A DNA stretch of 63,929 nucleotides, filler included, from Choristocarpus tenellus KU-1152 (taxonomy: Eukaryota > Protista > Phaeophyceae): NCBI GenBank assembly GCA_964200185.2. It is 7 parts of 7 records of this genome, joined end to end, with 100 filler letters (N's around TTAATTAATTAA, not from the genome) between each part and the next. Parts side by side here need not be neighbours in the genome. Positions count along the whole stretch, not along the records: positions 43,237 to 60,837 come from CAXNAD020000654.1; positions 60,938 to 63,929 come from CAXNAD020023087.1; 5 more parts are not named here. One strand, 5' to 3'. Position 1 is the first letter of the stretch, and each line of letters opens with the position of its first letter. A program made the translations under genes and the position numbers. This document shows positions 49,775 to 61,379 of this stretch, piece by piece. The notes under the pieces are model-generated. The model saw only the letters and a program-made list of their open reading frames with translations, had not been told where the DNA came from and did no database searches.

Positions 49775-51624
49775 GTATTTTGTATTTTGTATATGGCGTA
49801 GGGGTTATAGCTTTTGGTTTATGATTAGCTCTCGGCCAACCCTAGCTCCTTTTTGTATGATGTTAGTGCTTGTTTTAGGTTTACCTCTAACCTCAACTCT
49901 ATCTCCAATATGTTTTGTATGGCGTTGGATATAGCGTACTACCCTTTGCCCTATCTCTTTTTGTCAATTTTCATCAATTGTGTGAGAAGGACTGTAGGGA
50001 CTGACTCTTTTTGTCGATACCGACTCTATTTGTCGATACCAACTCTTTTTGTCAATACCGACTCTTTTTGTTGATACCGACTCTATTTGTCGATACCGAC
50101 TCTTTTGTTGATACTGACTCTATTTGTCGATACCGACTCTTTTTGTCAATACCGACTCTATTTGTCGATACCAACTCTTTTTGTCAATACCGACTCTATT
50201 TGTCGATACCTTAGCAGCAGGTTATACCTGTGGTCATCTTGGTTAATGCCCTGGTGATTAGTTGCTACTTGGTAGTGCTGGAGGGATGAGAGGGTTGCTT
50301 CGTCATCATTAGCAGCAGGCGTATTTTCAACACTATAGCTTTCATCACTATAGCTTTCAACACTATAACTTTCTCGAGTATTGTTTTTGTGTCATTGTTG
50401 ACGTGGTCTGGAGTAGAAGCTAGGGCAGTTGAAGGAATCGGTGTTCTATGTTAGATGGTTTGAATTTTACGGTGACTAGAACTTTGAATTTTACAGATTC
50501 GTTTCGTTTACCATGATTTTATTTCTGTTTTTTTTCATGGGTGAACCTGTTAGGGTTAGGGTTAGTATTCGAGTTTTAAATGAAGACCAGGACAAGTGGT
50601 CCTAGAGTGAGGGTTGATCGCATACAAGCATGCATAGATCGACTTGAAGACCTAACCCTTAACCCTAGGAATGAAACCTCTACACTGCAGGAATTGTTCC
50701 ACTGTTTAGTGCGTAAATTCTTTTTGGGGTTAGGGTTCCCAACATACAGTAGTAGGTGTTCCTCTCCCCGGCGACAGTGGTCCTGTTTGGGTTAGGGTTA
50801 GGGTTAGCAGTATGTCTTTACTCTTCACCCCATAGCAGTAAGTACGTAAACATCTTGTTCTGGATGTTCTGGACTAGGTAGTCTCGACTCACCAACGACC
50901 AACTGTGCACACTTGCAGGAAACACTTTATGAGTACAATCAAAAGCAGAGTGTGCTGCGCCTGTGGGGCAAGAGCTTGACTGAGGTATGAGAAACCGTCA
51001 ACTCCAGTACTGTCAATGCAGTGGTGCATGTATGGTACTGCAGAGTACAGCAGGGACCTCATTGAGTCGTCTCAGAAATAGTCACATTCTTTTAGTACCT
51101 TCTTCCCCCACTCCCACAATGACAGCTGCCAGGGGCAATGAGCCGACAATAATTGTTGTGATGTAATTTATCACATGTTGGACAAGTGCCCAATTGCCAC
51201 TTTTGTGGTGTAGATTTGCATATGGATGAGCCCGTGTATGAGGTAGTCATTTAGCATCCATTTAGCATCCAAGAATTTTTGGAACGACTACTGTGATGCT
51301 TTTGATGTATCGGTGATCAAGGTGCATGCTGTGAGTTGCCCTATAGTTGGTACTGTTATGAAACGCTCCATTGCATATCTCATGGTCACTACCTTGTTCC
51401 AGAACCAACTTCATCTGAAATGAAATGTTTTTTGATGCAGCAACTAAGAGCTGGATAATACTTTTGTTTCGATGCCGACTTTGACTTGTATAACCAAACA
51501 GGGTTCAAAGAACATCGACATCTCACGCTCCACTAGACTCCTCTCAGGACGTAATATGCGTCATGTGCTGGGAGTGGGTAATGAGAACCAACGAATCACT
51601 GAGGAGGAAGTGGAGGTATGTATG

Positions 51625-51659
<35 letters not shown>

Positions 51660-54600
51660 CTCTGGTGCTGTGCAGTGCAGTGCAGTTGTGTGTAGGAGGA
51701 AAGAGAGGGTGTATCCCGAATTGAGTTGGTTGTTGATTGGAGAAACTGGACACAACGGTGGCTTTTTTGTAGAGAGTAGTAGTGCATGTCCCACCTATTG
51801 CTGGAGCAAGCAGAGCTTCGAGTGTCTTGTTGCATTTTGACTTCTCTTGCTGCAAACTCTCTCTGTAAACAAGGAATTGATATTTCTGTGTTGTATACCC
51901 AAGACTAGTTGTGATCACCATAGCTGGAAGTACAAGGGTAAACTTATTCCTGTGCAACCCTTTTTTCTTAATCCTAAGGGTTTTATCTCGCCTTTGATTC
52001 CGAGACTTGGGGTCGAAGTATCTGGGGGAGGGGTGCCGGCGTCGTTTTTGACCCTTGCATTGATCCTAGGTATGTGCCAGGCTGGGCAAGTGTGTCCTCG
52101 ATAGTGCCTCAAAATTTTGTATGGTTCTTCCACTTAGAAGTTACGCAATTTTCTAAGTCGATTCTGGTTTTCATCCTTAACATGGTCCGTCTGTTTTTGT
52201 GCTATCAATGGCGGCAATGTCTTGCCAGGCGTGTCAGAAATATGCCAAGGTGGACCTGGTTGAGGCACTGAGACAAAGAGAACGGGGAGGCAAGAGTCCA
52301 CACGATTTTGAAAGATCGTTTTACAAGCAGATCAAGGCAGAACCTGGGGGGGTGCAATGCATTGTGAGATTTTCAGTGTTGGCTTGCGTTCGGCTTGGGG
52401 AAGAATTTCTATCCAATGAGTAGTGGTGACTGTCTTTACTCCACAGGTATTGGGTGCTAGTGCAAAGTTGGATGCATGTATAATCAATGTGTGAGTATTT
52501 GCTCTGCTCTGTAACCTCCTTACATGTATAAACGCCATTATCCTAACTGGGGTTGTCCTTTTTACCATTTTATTTTATATGGACTATCAACATGTGTGAT
52601 TGTAAGTAATCCTGGGACAGTGTTATCAGTCTGTGTCTCTGGGCTTGACGGCTCTGCCGAGCCATGTATGCAAACAAGCACGTGGTTGTCAACCATGGAT
52701 GCCGTGCATCTATTTTGGTGAAGGACGTACTGCGGGTGCAGCGCTTGTCCAGAAGCGACCTCAACATTTCTGTTAGAATACTTGTTTGGAATTTAATGTT
52801 CTGCACTCTCACAATGATGAGGTTATCCTTACACTTGCTATTGATTTTGGGCATAACCACCCCCTGCACACTTGCTATTTCCCTGTTGTGACTTTTTGGT
52901 CATTGATATTCCTACTGCATGGGGAACACTGCATTAAACCCCCTCCTCTCTAATGTGGTATACAGACATTTCGTGATGAGGAGGTGATATTTGGGCGAGG
53001 TGACATTCACCACCTGTGTTACTTTGTACATAAGGGAACTGTTAGACGGATCGATGCAAATGGAGTAATCAAGGTCAAGGTGCGTTGTTGGAATCCCTTT
53101 GTTGATGTTGCCTGTCCTCACAACATCCCCTGTTCACTGCAAGCCTGAGCCTAAATGCTCGAGTAATGATTGCCACGACTGGCTAGATCGGGAACACACT
53201 CTCTTTTTCAAGAGAGCTGCTCATACCATTGCAATACTAAGCTGTACGCTGCATGAATACAATGGGCAATGAGGTGCATTTTATTTTCATCCTCTACCTA
53301 ACATTTTATTTTATTTTTATTCTTCTGCAGCTCTCCACTTTGTTGGGATGTTTTTTGTATAGAAGTACTTGGGCTTGCATGAGACATTTGAAGGGCTTCG
53401 CTTTCAACAGATTTAGGGGGAAAATTTTCATCAATCTTCGTGGGCAAGGTCTTTGCTTCAGAGCTTTACTTGGGCATCTCCTGCATAACTATTAGTGTCT
53501 ATTGGTGTTACTAGTAATGAGGTCTCATTTTTCTCGAAGAGCAACCCAATTAACCCTATTGTTGTGGTTCTGTTTCAGGAGAAAGGGGAGATGTTTGGAG
53601 AGGAGGCACTGGTTGCCAGTATGCCTGCTGCATCATCCGCCATTGCAGAGGGGCCAGTGGAATGCTTGGCGGTGGACAGGGATGCATTCCTCAAGGTTAG
53701 GGTTAGGGTTATGACTTTTGAGTGTGCATTCACATTCTCTTGTAGTAGTACCTCTTCAAGGTGACAGAGAATTGCAGGAACGTTTTGTTGTTGATGTTGT
53801 CAGCACCAAGTATATTGGTGTTCATGCTTCAAAAGCATATATAAATTTCTGAATTGTGTGAGTGCAACCAATACATCCCGATTTAGTGCACAGACTTCCT
53901 GCACTATGTGATTCTTTTGTGAGAGATTTGATGCAAAGTCCCTGAGGCCCTGAAGCCACTCTCAATCCCAACATGAAAGGAATCAACTATATCATCACTT
54001 GTCCTCCCACCTCCCCCCACCCCCACCCCTCAGACATTCAACACGGTAGAGAATCTGGGCAACATCTTCCTCCGCTTGCAGCGCTCCGGATCATTGCGGA
54101 AACTTGATGCATCTGACAAACCCTCCCATAAACGTCGCTCAAGTACATCCAACACTACGAGAAAGCCATCCAATTCTTCATTAGGCACGAGCACAGTGCT
54201 CTCTGAAGATTGCCCAAGGGATGACCCAGATTGGCAGCTCCAGCGAAGCATTTCTGTGCCTTCTGGAAGACTGATAAGTCAGACTAGCATGATGAGGGAC
54301 AACGACCAGCCAAAAGCCTTGAAACGCAGTCGGCATGAAGGACCATCCTTGCTACCCTCTCAACAAGAAAGTATTGATGAAGGAAGACCAATACGTGCCA
54401 CAACAGCTGCAGTACCTGTCAGGATCTCACTGACCAGAGCCCCGTTGAGCAGAACTGGGCCACACCAATCATGGGCAGTTAGGGATCCATGCAGTGTCCA
54501 GAGTGGAATGGCTGCCACTCAGGGACTATCCAACAAACATGTTTTTGACATAGATGTTCGTGGTGGTGGTGCAAGCATTAATGAGAAAGGAGTACACGTT

Positions 54601-54738
54601 CAACCTTCAGCCCCACAAAGGATGCCTTTGCCCTCGGCAGCACCTTCTGGGCGCCGTGATCACGCAGCACTTCTTCGAGTCGCTGGTGGATCAAGACTCC
54701 CCTTGAATTTGGAAGAGGAGGACCCAACAGAATCATAA
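43921..54738 (+). CDS. 3' part (about 646 aa) of a voltage-gated cation channel (TPC/Nav/Cav-type S3-S6) with a C-terminal cyclic-nucleotide-binding-like domain
   Basis: Phase-consistent exons: 43921-44147; 47226-47424 (S4 LRLVRCWRLV, S5 YGFAIAAMDVF; GC donor); 49199-49395 (P-loop FENPTTAMQTMLQLFMGVDFSEVM, S6 VFNLLTAIVIQIY); 49612-49678; 50919-50984; 51502-51615; 52229-52363; 52966-53079 (FRDEEVIFGRGD...YFVHKGTV); 53579-53695 (GEMFGEEALVASMPAASSAIAEGPVECLAVDRDAF); 54034-54738 (stop). Confidence 0.85.
50000..50210. repeat. 20-bp minisatellite (TTTGTCGATACCGACTCTAT), about 10 copies
   Basis: Seen directly; intronic. Confidence 0.9.
52010..52054. mobile_element. 45-bp collapsed MITE family A copy with TTG TSD
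   Basis: ttg|gggtcgaagtatctgggggagggg...tttttgaccc|ttg. Confidence 0.65.
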
Positions 54739-54907
54739 TCGAGTGTAGTCGTTGGCTCTGTCAGTTGTGGAGACTGACCAGTCAACGAGAACCAGCGGTC
54801 CCTTACTTCCCTTCTCCAATAAGCCAAGTCACTTCATGTTACTGGACTAGAAAGATATAGTTCTGAGTTCTTTGATTGGGCGATCTAATGAATTGTGGTG
54901 GCCTGTT

Positions 54908-55080
54908 GACTCAAAGTATCTGGGGGTGTGTGGCGGCTGTCCATTTGGGGTCAATTTTTTCATATGGCGATTTTTGGGTGATTTGATTCCATACGTTGGA
55001 TGGATAATGTTAACGCACTTTTCCTGACTTTGGTCAAATGGACACCCTGGTGTAGAACCCCCCCCCATATACTTTTGGTC
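54908..55080. mobile_element. MITE family A (subfamily 2), complete copy
   Basis: TIRs gactcaaagtatctggggg ... ccccccatatacttttggtc; tgtt on both flanks. Confidence 0.8.
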
Positions 55081-58000
55081 TGTTATATATGGGGATGTTG
55101 TTGTAAGGGTTGGGTGGGGCTACATGATGTTAAGTTCATTTGTCATCAAATGATATGCATCCATAACATTCGCATTGATTTTTTATGTCCATGCTTGTTG
55201 CTTTACTCTGTACAGAGGTTTTGTTTTGTTGTGGAAGGTATTTTCAGGTCATTCATAGGTCATTAATCTGCCAAAGGTGTGAGTGCAGGCATGTGGTCGT
55301 GGGAACACGTGTATGTATGTATGGGCTGTATCTGATACAGTGGTGGGTTATGTGGACTGGTACAGTTGCTGTTGCCAAATTCTACCCAGAGTTCAACTGT
55401 GGGCTCAGAAATAACTTGCGGGAGTTTAACCTTGAACTTTTCCGAATACGTGGAATAGGTTTAGGGCCAGGGTTATTGCTAGGGGAGTGTTACCAAAATC
55501 AATAGCAAAATAAAGAAATAGGGATGTCGGGGACATTTTAAGGAAAGTTTGTGCGTACTATCGACTAAAAGCAACAATTCCCTATTTCATTGGGTGCTGT
55601 TGCTAGAATGCGTGTCACCCATCCCCATCAATATTTTCTTGCAGCTATTGATCTTGGTATGACTACGATTTACGTGATTTGGGGCTTTGCGAAGTACGTC
55701 TTGCACCAATTCTCTTTTTTATAGGTTCATATCCGTGTTTAGAGGTACAGACAGGCCTTTATGGGACTCTTGAAATGTCCTTTGAATGAGTGTTAGTTGT
55801 CCAGCTGTATCTGAGAGGATCACCTGCGATAACCTTGGCTATATTTCGGGGGGGTTCCCTCAATCTGTTCTACTGAATGTAAGCATTGCATTTTAAACAC
55901 ATGAAATATTTCAAATCGAAATTGATTGACATTGTGTGCTTATGCAGTCAATCATGTTAATGGCAGGTTATCGGTGCAGAGAGAGTTGTATGCCAGAACA
56001 GGTTGTGTATGTGAGAATGATACCACCTGTTGGTTGATGATATATGAAGATTGTCTTCCTTGCTCTCTTAGCTCTGGTTTGGTCACAATAGTTGTTCTTG
56101 CATTCATTGTTGGCCTGAAAGCAGCAGTGCATGGACTGAAAAGAATGACCATTGTACGAGTTATGCTCATATTACCTAGTAGTACACTGAGGTACTGGTA
56201 TGGTGTGGCAACACCTGGCATCATGCTATTTTCACTGGAAGGCATGAATGTACAATTCATACTTCATTTTTTTGTCGTTTAAAGAAATGATCATGAAATA
56301 GTACCAATACCTGCTTATATGTGTATGTATATGTGTGACCAGACCGAACAGGGAAATAACACCTGCACTGAAGGACCTTGCAGCCCAAACTTTCCCCCAC
56401 TGATTTGTTGAAGTGGCTAACGCACATCTCAACAGTATTGTTATGGTCACTGAATCAGGATGGAGCTCTACCTCCAAGGGAGATGGACAGTAAGCTAATG
56501 CCAACCTACCGGCTTGCCATCACTCCTTCAATCCATGCATAGCTACACAGTTGCCTGTGTGTGCGTCAGTCCCTATTTAACTATTTTTTCCAGTAGAACT
56601 TCCCTATACCCACCCATCCTGATGCTTCCACTAGCAACTTATCCTCCATTAAATATTCTGTTGTCGAAAGGTTACCCACTAATTGGTTTTATGAGTAACA
56701 GTTGCGATTGTGCTATTCACTCGCTGTCAAGTCAGTGGTATAGAACCAAGTAAGCGAAAGGTATCAGGGTTGCACATTTAGGATGCTGACAAAAGTGCAA
56801 AATTTGAATTCTAGTACAAACACATAATACAGACTTCTGAATTCTGAAAAAATTAATCAGAGAAATCAACCCTCTCAAGCCAATCTTGCCACTTCATCCA
56901 TAGAATATGGGTGAATTTCAAAACATGAAAAAAGTGACATGAAATGCTAAACAGCCAAAAACCTGGGCACGTTGTTGATACTCTTGTTTTTGGATTGGTA
57001 GACTGTACCTGTCATATAAACTCAGTACGCATCACCATCTATGTCGCATGTAGTTGTCGACGTAGAATTGAGACTTGTTTCTTTCTTGTTTGAAAAGACG
57101 CCTGACCCTGACATCTGCATCCAGACCGATGGACTGAAGCTGTCACCCCCTTATGTAACCTCGATCTCACTCAAACTTAAGTGCAGTTTGATGCACATCT
57201 GGAGCGTGTATATTCACAGTTAATACATCCACATCCTTCCCCACAAGGTAACAAGCTTCTACTCAGAGCATGTCACCTGATTCTTCTTATCAGCACTGAG
57301 TAGTGCTTCATTGCATTTGATCAAACAAGCATCATTGCAGAACTCATCCATTGATTCATTCATCGGAAATGATGAGCTCTTCAGTACATTGTGTCAACTC
57401 TTCGCTTTCTTACAAGAGTTCAAGGATCTTCGTATGCTCCTATTAATAGTAGTAAATTGGTAATTGCTTGCCTGACTTCCAACCAGTCCGTACACTTTCG
57501 TATCTGTAGATATCATCTATGTGGATACATGACCACAATCTATCATGGAACTGGAGGATGGTTATACTACATAAAATAAATGTATCTTCTTTCGCGAACT
57601 CCCAAATATAGCGAGCACAGCTCACAGGATTTAGCAGTTAAGAGACAGAGTCAAAGATATGCACAAGGGTAAACAAATGCACAAGGGTAAACAAATGCAC
57701 AAGGGTACCTACATCTCCTGGCCAAGGTCCTGGAGGGCATACAGGGTGTATACCGGGTTCAGTGTGTGTTGAGTGTCGAGGCCGGAATCTTAGTGATACT
57801 CATGACGAAGTATGTTCTTCCCGTTCCAGCTAGGTTCCCAGACGTTGTGCAATAGCCACCTTTCTTTGTATGCACTTTGCCAGCAAATGCTGTCAATGAG
57901 TTGCCTCACAGTTGCCACGCACAATCCATTCAATCCTCCTTTTTCTTATCACCTTGATAAGAGCCCCTTCTTAAACCTCTAACACATCCTTCTGGATCCA

Positions 58001-59249
58001 CACAGAGTCAATTCAATATTGTGGGATCTGTGTACGATCGCTTGTCTCTTCTTAATGCCGAGTTTCAGGATTTTCGTTGCCAGATAATTTATCTGGTCCC
58101 ATTGCCTTCCCACTCGATACGGCACAGACAGCGATTGACTGGTTGTGCCAATACAGTAATTCCATCAGTGTTATTGGAGCAATCAGCAAATGGGTGCAAT
58201 ACACCAGGAGGTGGACCCTTGGTTGAGGGTTTCGACACTTTCTTTGAGGTTGAGATTGAACGATTTGTCATTCAGGACCACCTCGAGCTGCATTGTCCCC
58301 ATCGTTACCTATTGATAGGTCATTTTGTCTTTCTCATTAGGGTGCCAGATTCATCATGGATTTGTTGGGAGGCACTCTGCCGTGTCCTTTCTCTCTAAGT
58401 TGAACCCTTGGAATTTTTGGTGGTTGAATCCACTTGGATTCCCAGGGGCAAATACGTTTTCCCGTCTTCCTTGAGTAGGTGTCACAATCTCCTGTAGGAC
58501 ATGCTGGTTGAAGCTCTTCTGTGTAAAATGACATACAACACCGGAAGAATGCATACCATTTGTTTCTACTATATTATGCCGTTTCTATAGGTACCTGCGC
58601 TAGGTCAGCCGCAACCACGTCGCGGTTGGTGTATTCTTGTTTTGAAACTTTCCAAAAATCCCACTACTGTTAACGCGCATATCCTCTTGTTGAATATTTG
58701 TGGCTCAACGATGTACGTGTCTTCTCTCTTCTGTCTCTTGTCCTAGGTCACTGAACCAGCTTCGAATACTACTGTATTTGTACTTACAGCTAGCAGTCTT
58801 CACATTAGTCATTTCACACTAGTCTGAGGGGTCCCAGGTCTCCTGTACTCGAAGGGTAGTCAAGAGAAGGCAATACACAACGCTTGAACTGTACATAGAA
58901 ACTTGGAAGTGGTGACGATTCCACTTTTGTCTGACGAGCCTGAACCAATCATATTTGTGAGTTTCAAATATCTCAGGTCGCAACTGTAGAAACAATGTAC
59001 AAATGATGTGTAAGAAAAGAAAAGGAAAGTCGTGAGAAGAAAAGAAAAGAGAATAGAGAGAGAGAGAATCCAGTGTACCAACTACAACGGTAACCAAGAG
59101 AATCTAAGTATGATGCACTAACCCACAAAAACAGTCATACCAACGCAGTACACAAGAAAATCGTCCCAAAAGAAGTGCAATGCGAAATCAGTACTAAGCA
59201 GACAGTGATGGTAGTGATGCTGGATGCTTGGACTGACTTAGCTGCTGCT

Positions 59250-59990
59250 CTACCAGGATGTGCATCACCTATCACATGATCCTTTGAATGCTACACTGTC
59301 CTGAAAAATTCAATCGAGGTCAACTACACCCTCGAACCACCTCTGTTGGTTGGCTACCCATGTGGTCTATCCCTCAACCGTGATTCCAAACATCTTGAGG
59401 TTGTCTTGTAGGCACATACACCAGTTCTTCTCTTATCCACATCGCTTCCATTATACATTGGCAAGCTACTTAGTACTTGAATATCAAAACCTTGGGAAGT
59501 CGATCATCTCCCATTCGTGCAAATGACTCTGTAAATCGGGGTCTCCGATTCCACACAACAGTGGCATCAATACTCTCACACTCAGTCTTCACAAGATCAT
59601 CTTTGAAGGACAGTGAGTGATCAGTATATTCATGTGTCTACAAAATCCGATGCAACGAAAGAGGAACTTGCGGTGATGGAAGTGAATGTTCAAATAGTCG
59701 ACCTGACGGTTTTCCCATGTCATGTAACCACATCACAGAACCTCATTCACTTCAGCCTTAAGCATGCTGATCTTAATCTCAAGTAATACACCTGAGACTC
59801 TGTCATTGAGCACTTGACTGTTGTATTCTTAGAAACAACTCCACACCACTCATCGAATCCTAAGATGATCCCTTGTAGTGATAGATAGTGGCTTATTACT
59901 GATCGTGCTTCCAAGTTCAACAAACTTGCATGTATATCAGTCTAACTGTGCTTCTGGTCCATTGCCCAGATCTTCATCTGTCTGCGGCCT
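59250..59990 (-). mobile_element. Degenerate RTE-clade LINE, C-terminal ORF region
   Basis: Minus-strand translation with stops and frameshifts: LKISMLKAEVNEVL*CGYMTW...HHRKFLFRCIGF...DHSLSFKDDLVKTECESIDATV...FARMGDDRLPKVLIF...EKNWCMCLQDNLKMFGI. This matches the RTE post-RT pattern (LLYG..TW, RMxxxRLPK). Recognised from memory, not by search. Confidence 0.75.
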
Positions 59991-60409
59991 TACTAGGAGA
60001 CCCAAGGCACGTGGTCTCCATGTTCAACTCCTAAATCATCAGCAGAAGGTTTACCCCACAGGATCCGCTCAATTGCCAGTCCACTCCCTGTTACTACTCC
60101 TCTTCTGACCTGGTTGTTTGTGACTGCTCTCTTGACAATCACATGGCCCTTCCTTGAAGATTACAGGGTCACAGGTGAATTTCTTAACTGTCACACTTAG
60201 TATCGCAGAGGAGAAGATGCTGAGAAGGATGGGGGCAAGAACATATCCTGTCAAAGGCCCTGCCTAATCTTACACCAGTCGACAAACTCTCCATCATACA
60301 TGCGAGCGCATACTCTTATTATGCCATCATTGAATTGGAGGATGATTGAATCGTCTTCTTACGCACTCCAAATATCGTCGTATTCAGAGTCTGTGCAATT
60401 AACCTTGCA

Positions 60410-60640
60410 AAGTATTGCTATTTGATCTGTAGTGAAGACAAGAAGTTGTGGAGCCTCACACGACCTCCTTTGTTTGCTGAACGTTAAAAGAACAGATGGA
60501 TTAAATTTAAAGAGTGACCTTGTCTTTGTGGGGTGTCTTCTTATTGCTCGTTTTATTATTATTAGTGTGTCATACCTAAGTCGAAGGCTATGTCAGAGTA
60601 GTTGAAATGCAATAGCAAACCCCATCTATTATCCAAATGA
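60410..60640 (+). mobile_element. Fragment of the same repeat as 26230-26450
   Basis: Shared gtagtgaagacaagaag...agcctcacacga...ggggtgtcttct...ttttattattatt block. Confidence 0.6.
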
Positions 60641-60837
60641 AAGTACTACAGTACCTACACCGATTTTGTGCACCCATGGGTATGCCCGAAAAAAACAGCA
60701 CAGAATTTATATGGTACAATATCGGTTTTGTAGTAATTAGGGTTAGGGTTAGCTAGGAATCAATCGTCGAAGCGACTAATTAATCGTGGTGAGCTGGGAA
60801 ATCAATCGTCGAACCAACTAATTAATCGTGGTGAGCA

Positions 60838-60937
60838 NNNNNNNNNNNNNNNNNNNNNNNNNNNNNNNNNNNNNNNNNNNNTTAATTAATTAANNNNNNN
60901 NNNNNNNNNNNNNNNNNNNNNNNNNNNNNNNNNNNNN
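60838..60937. other. Artificial contig linker
   Basis: N44-TTAATTAATTAA-N44. Confidence 0.97.
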
Positions 60938-61379
60938 CCCAAAACTCGTGACATGGAATAATGGGCCCCAAATGGACAGCCAACCCCCCCCCCCCCCCAG
61001 ATATTTTGAGCCTAAGTACATTGATTTTTAACAGGAGAACATTAGTATCAATGAAATGGAGGGAGGAGCTCAGTAATGGGGTCTTTTATCAGATAGTAGT
61101 GCTTCAGATTGACTGTCTTTTTAACATGTGACCCCCTGTCTATTTGACACGATCCATCATGTCTGTACACCAAATACCCTGTTACGAGTTATCAGGCTTC
61201 ACCTTGACAGTAAGCAACTGAATCTGTTATGTGCACACTAAGAAATGATGCCCATCATGCCAGTCACACACGCAATCAGCAAACGTAGGTCAAAAACAAA
61301 GATCCTAAATACGGTGACAATTCCAACAGGAGATTTGAAACATTGCACCTCATGCTAACTTCTGATATTATTGCACAAG

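Larger units (their letters stand above)
43527..50807. repeat. Cluster of short interstitial telomeric (TTAGGG/CCCTAA)n tracts upstream of and in introns of the channel gene
   Basis: Tracts of 2-6 units in both orientations, e.g. about 44320-44354, 45765-45800, 46016-46039, 47092-47151, 48516-48592 and 50789-50807. Others at 23127, 37910, 53696 and 60737. Confidence 0.85.

Noticed and set aside
50000-50210. CRISPR-like repeat array
   Set aside because: Head-to-tail 20-bp units with no unique spacers and no cas genes; an intronic minisatellite in a eukaryote.
55900-58600. Several 60-125-aa ORFs downstream of the channel gene
   Set aside because: No consistent exon chain or recognisable motif; probably old transposon debris.
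60759-60837. Direct repeat pair of about 41 bp at a contig end as a CRISPR or telomere-associated system
   Set aside because: Only two tandem units with no spacer, truncated by the gap; cannot be interpreted.
11541-60937. Recurrent TTAATTAATTAA palindrome, and any functional linkage between the TPR, ankyrin, adhesin, C2 and channel genes
   Set aside because: The motif is an artificial scaffold linker within N runs. The genes lie on different contigs, so adjacency means nothing.
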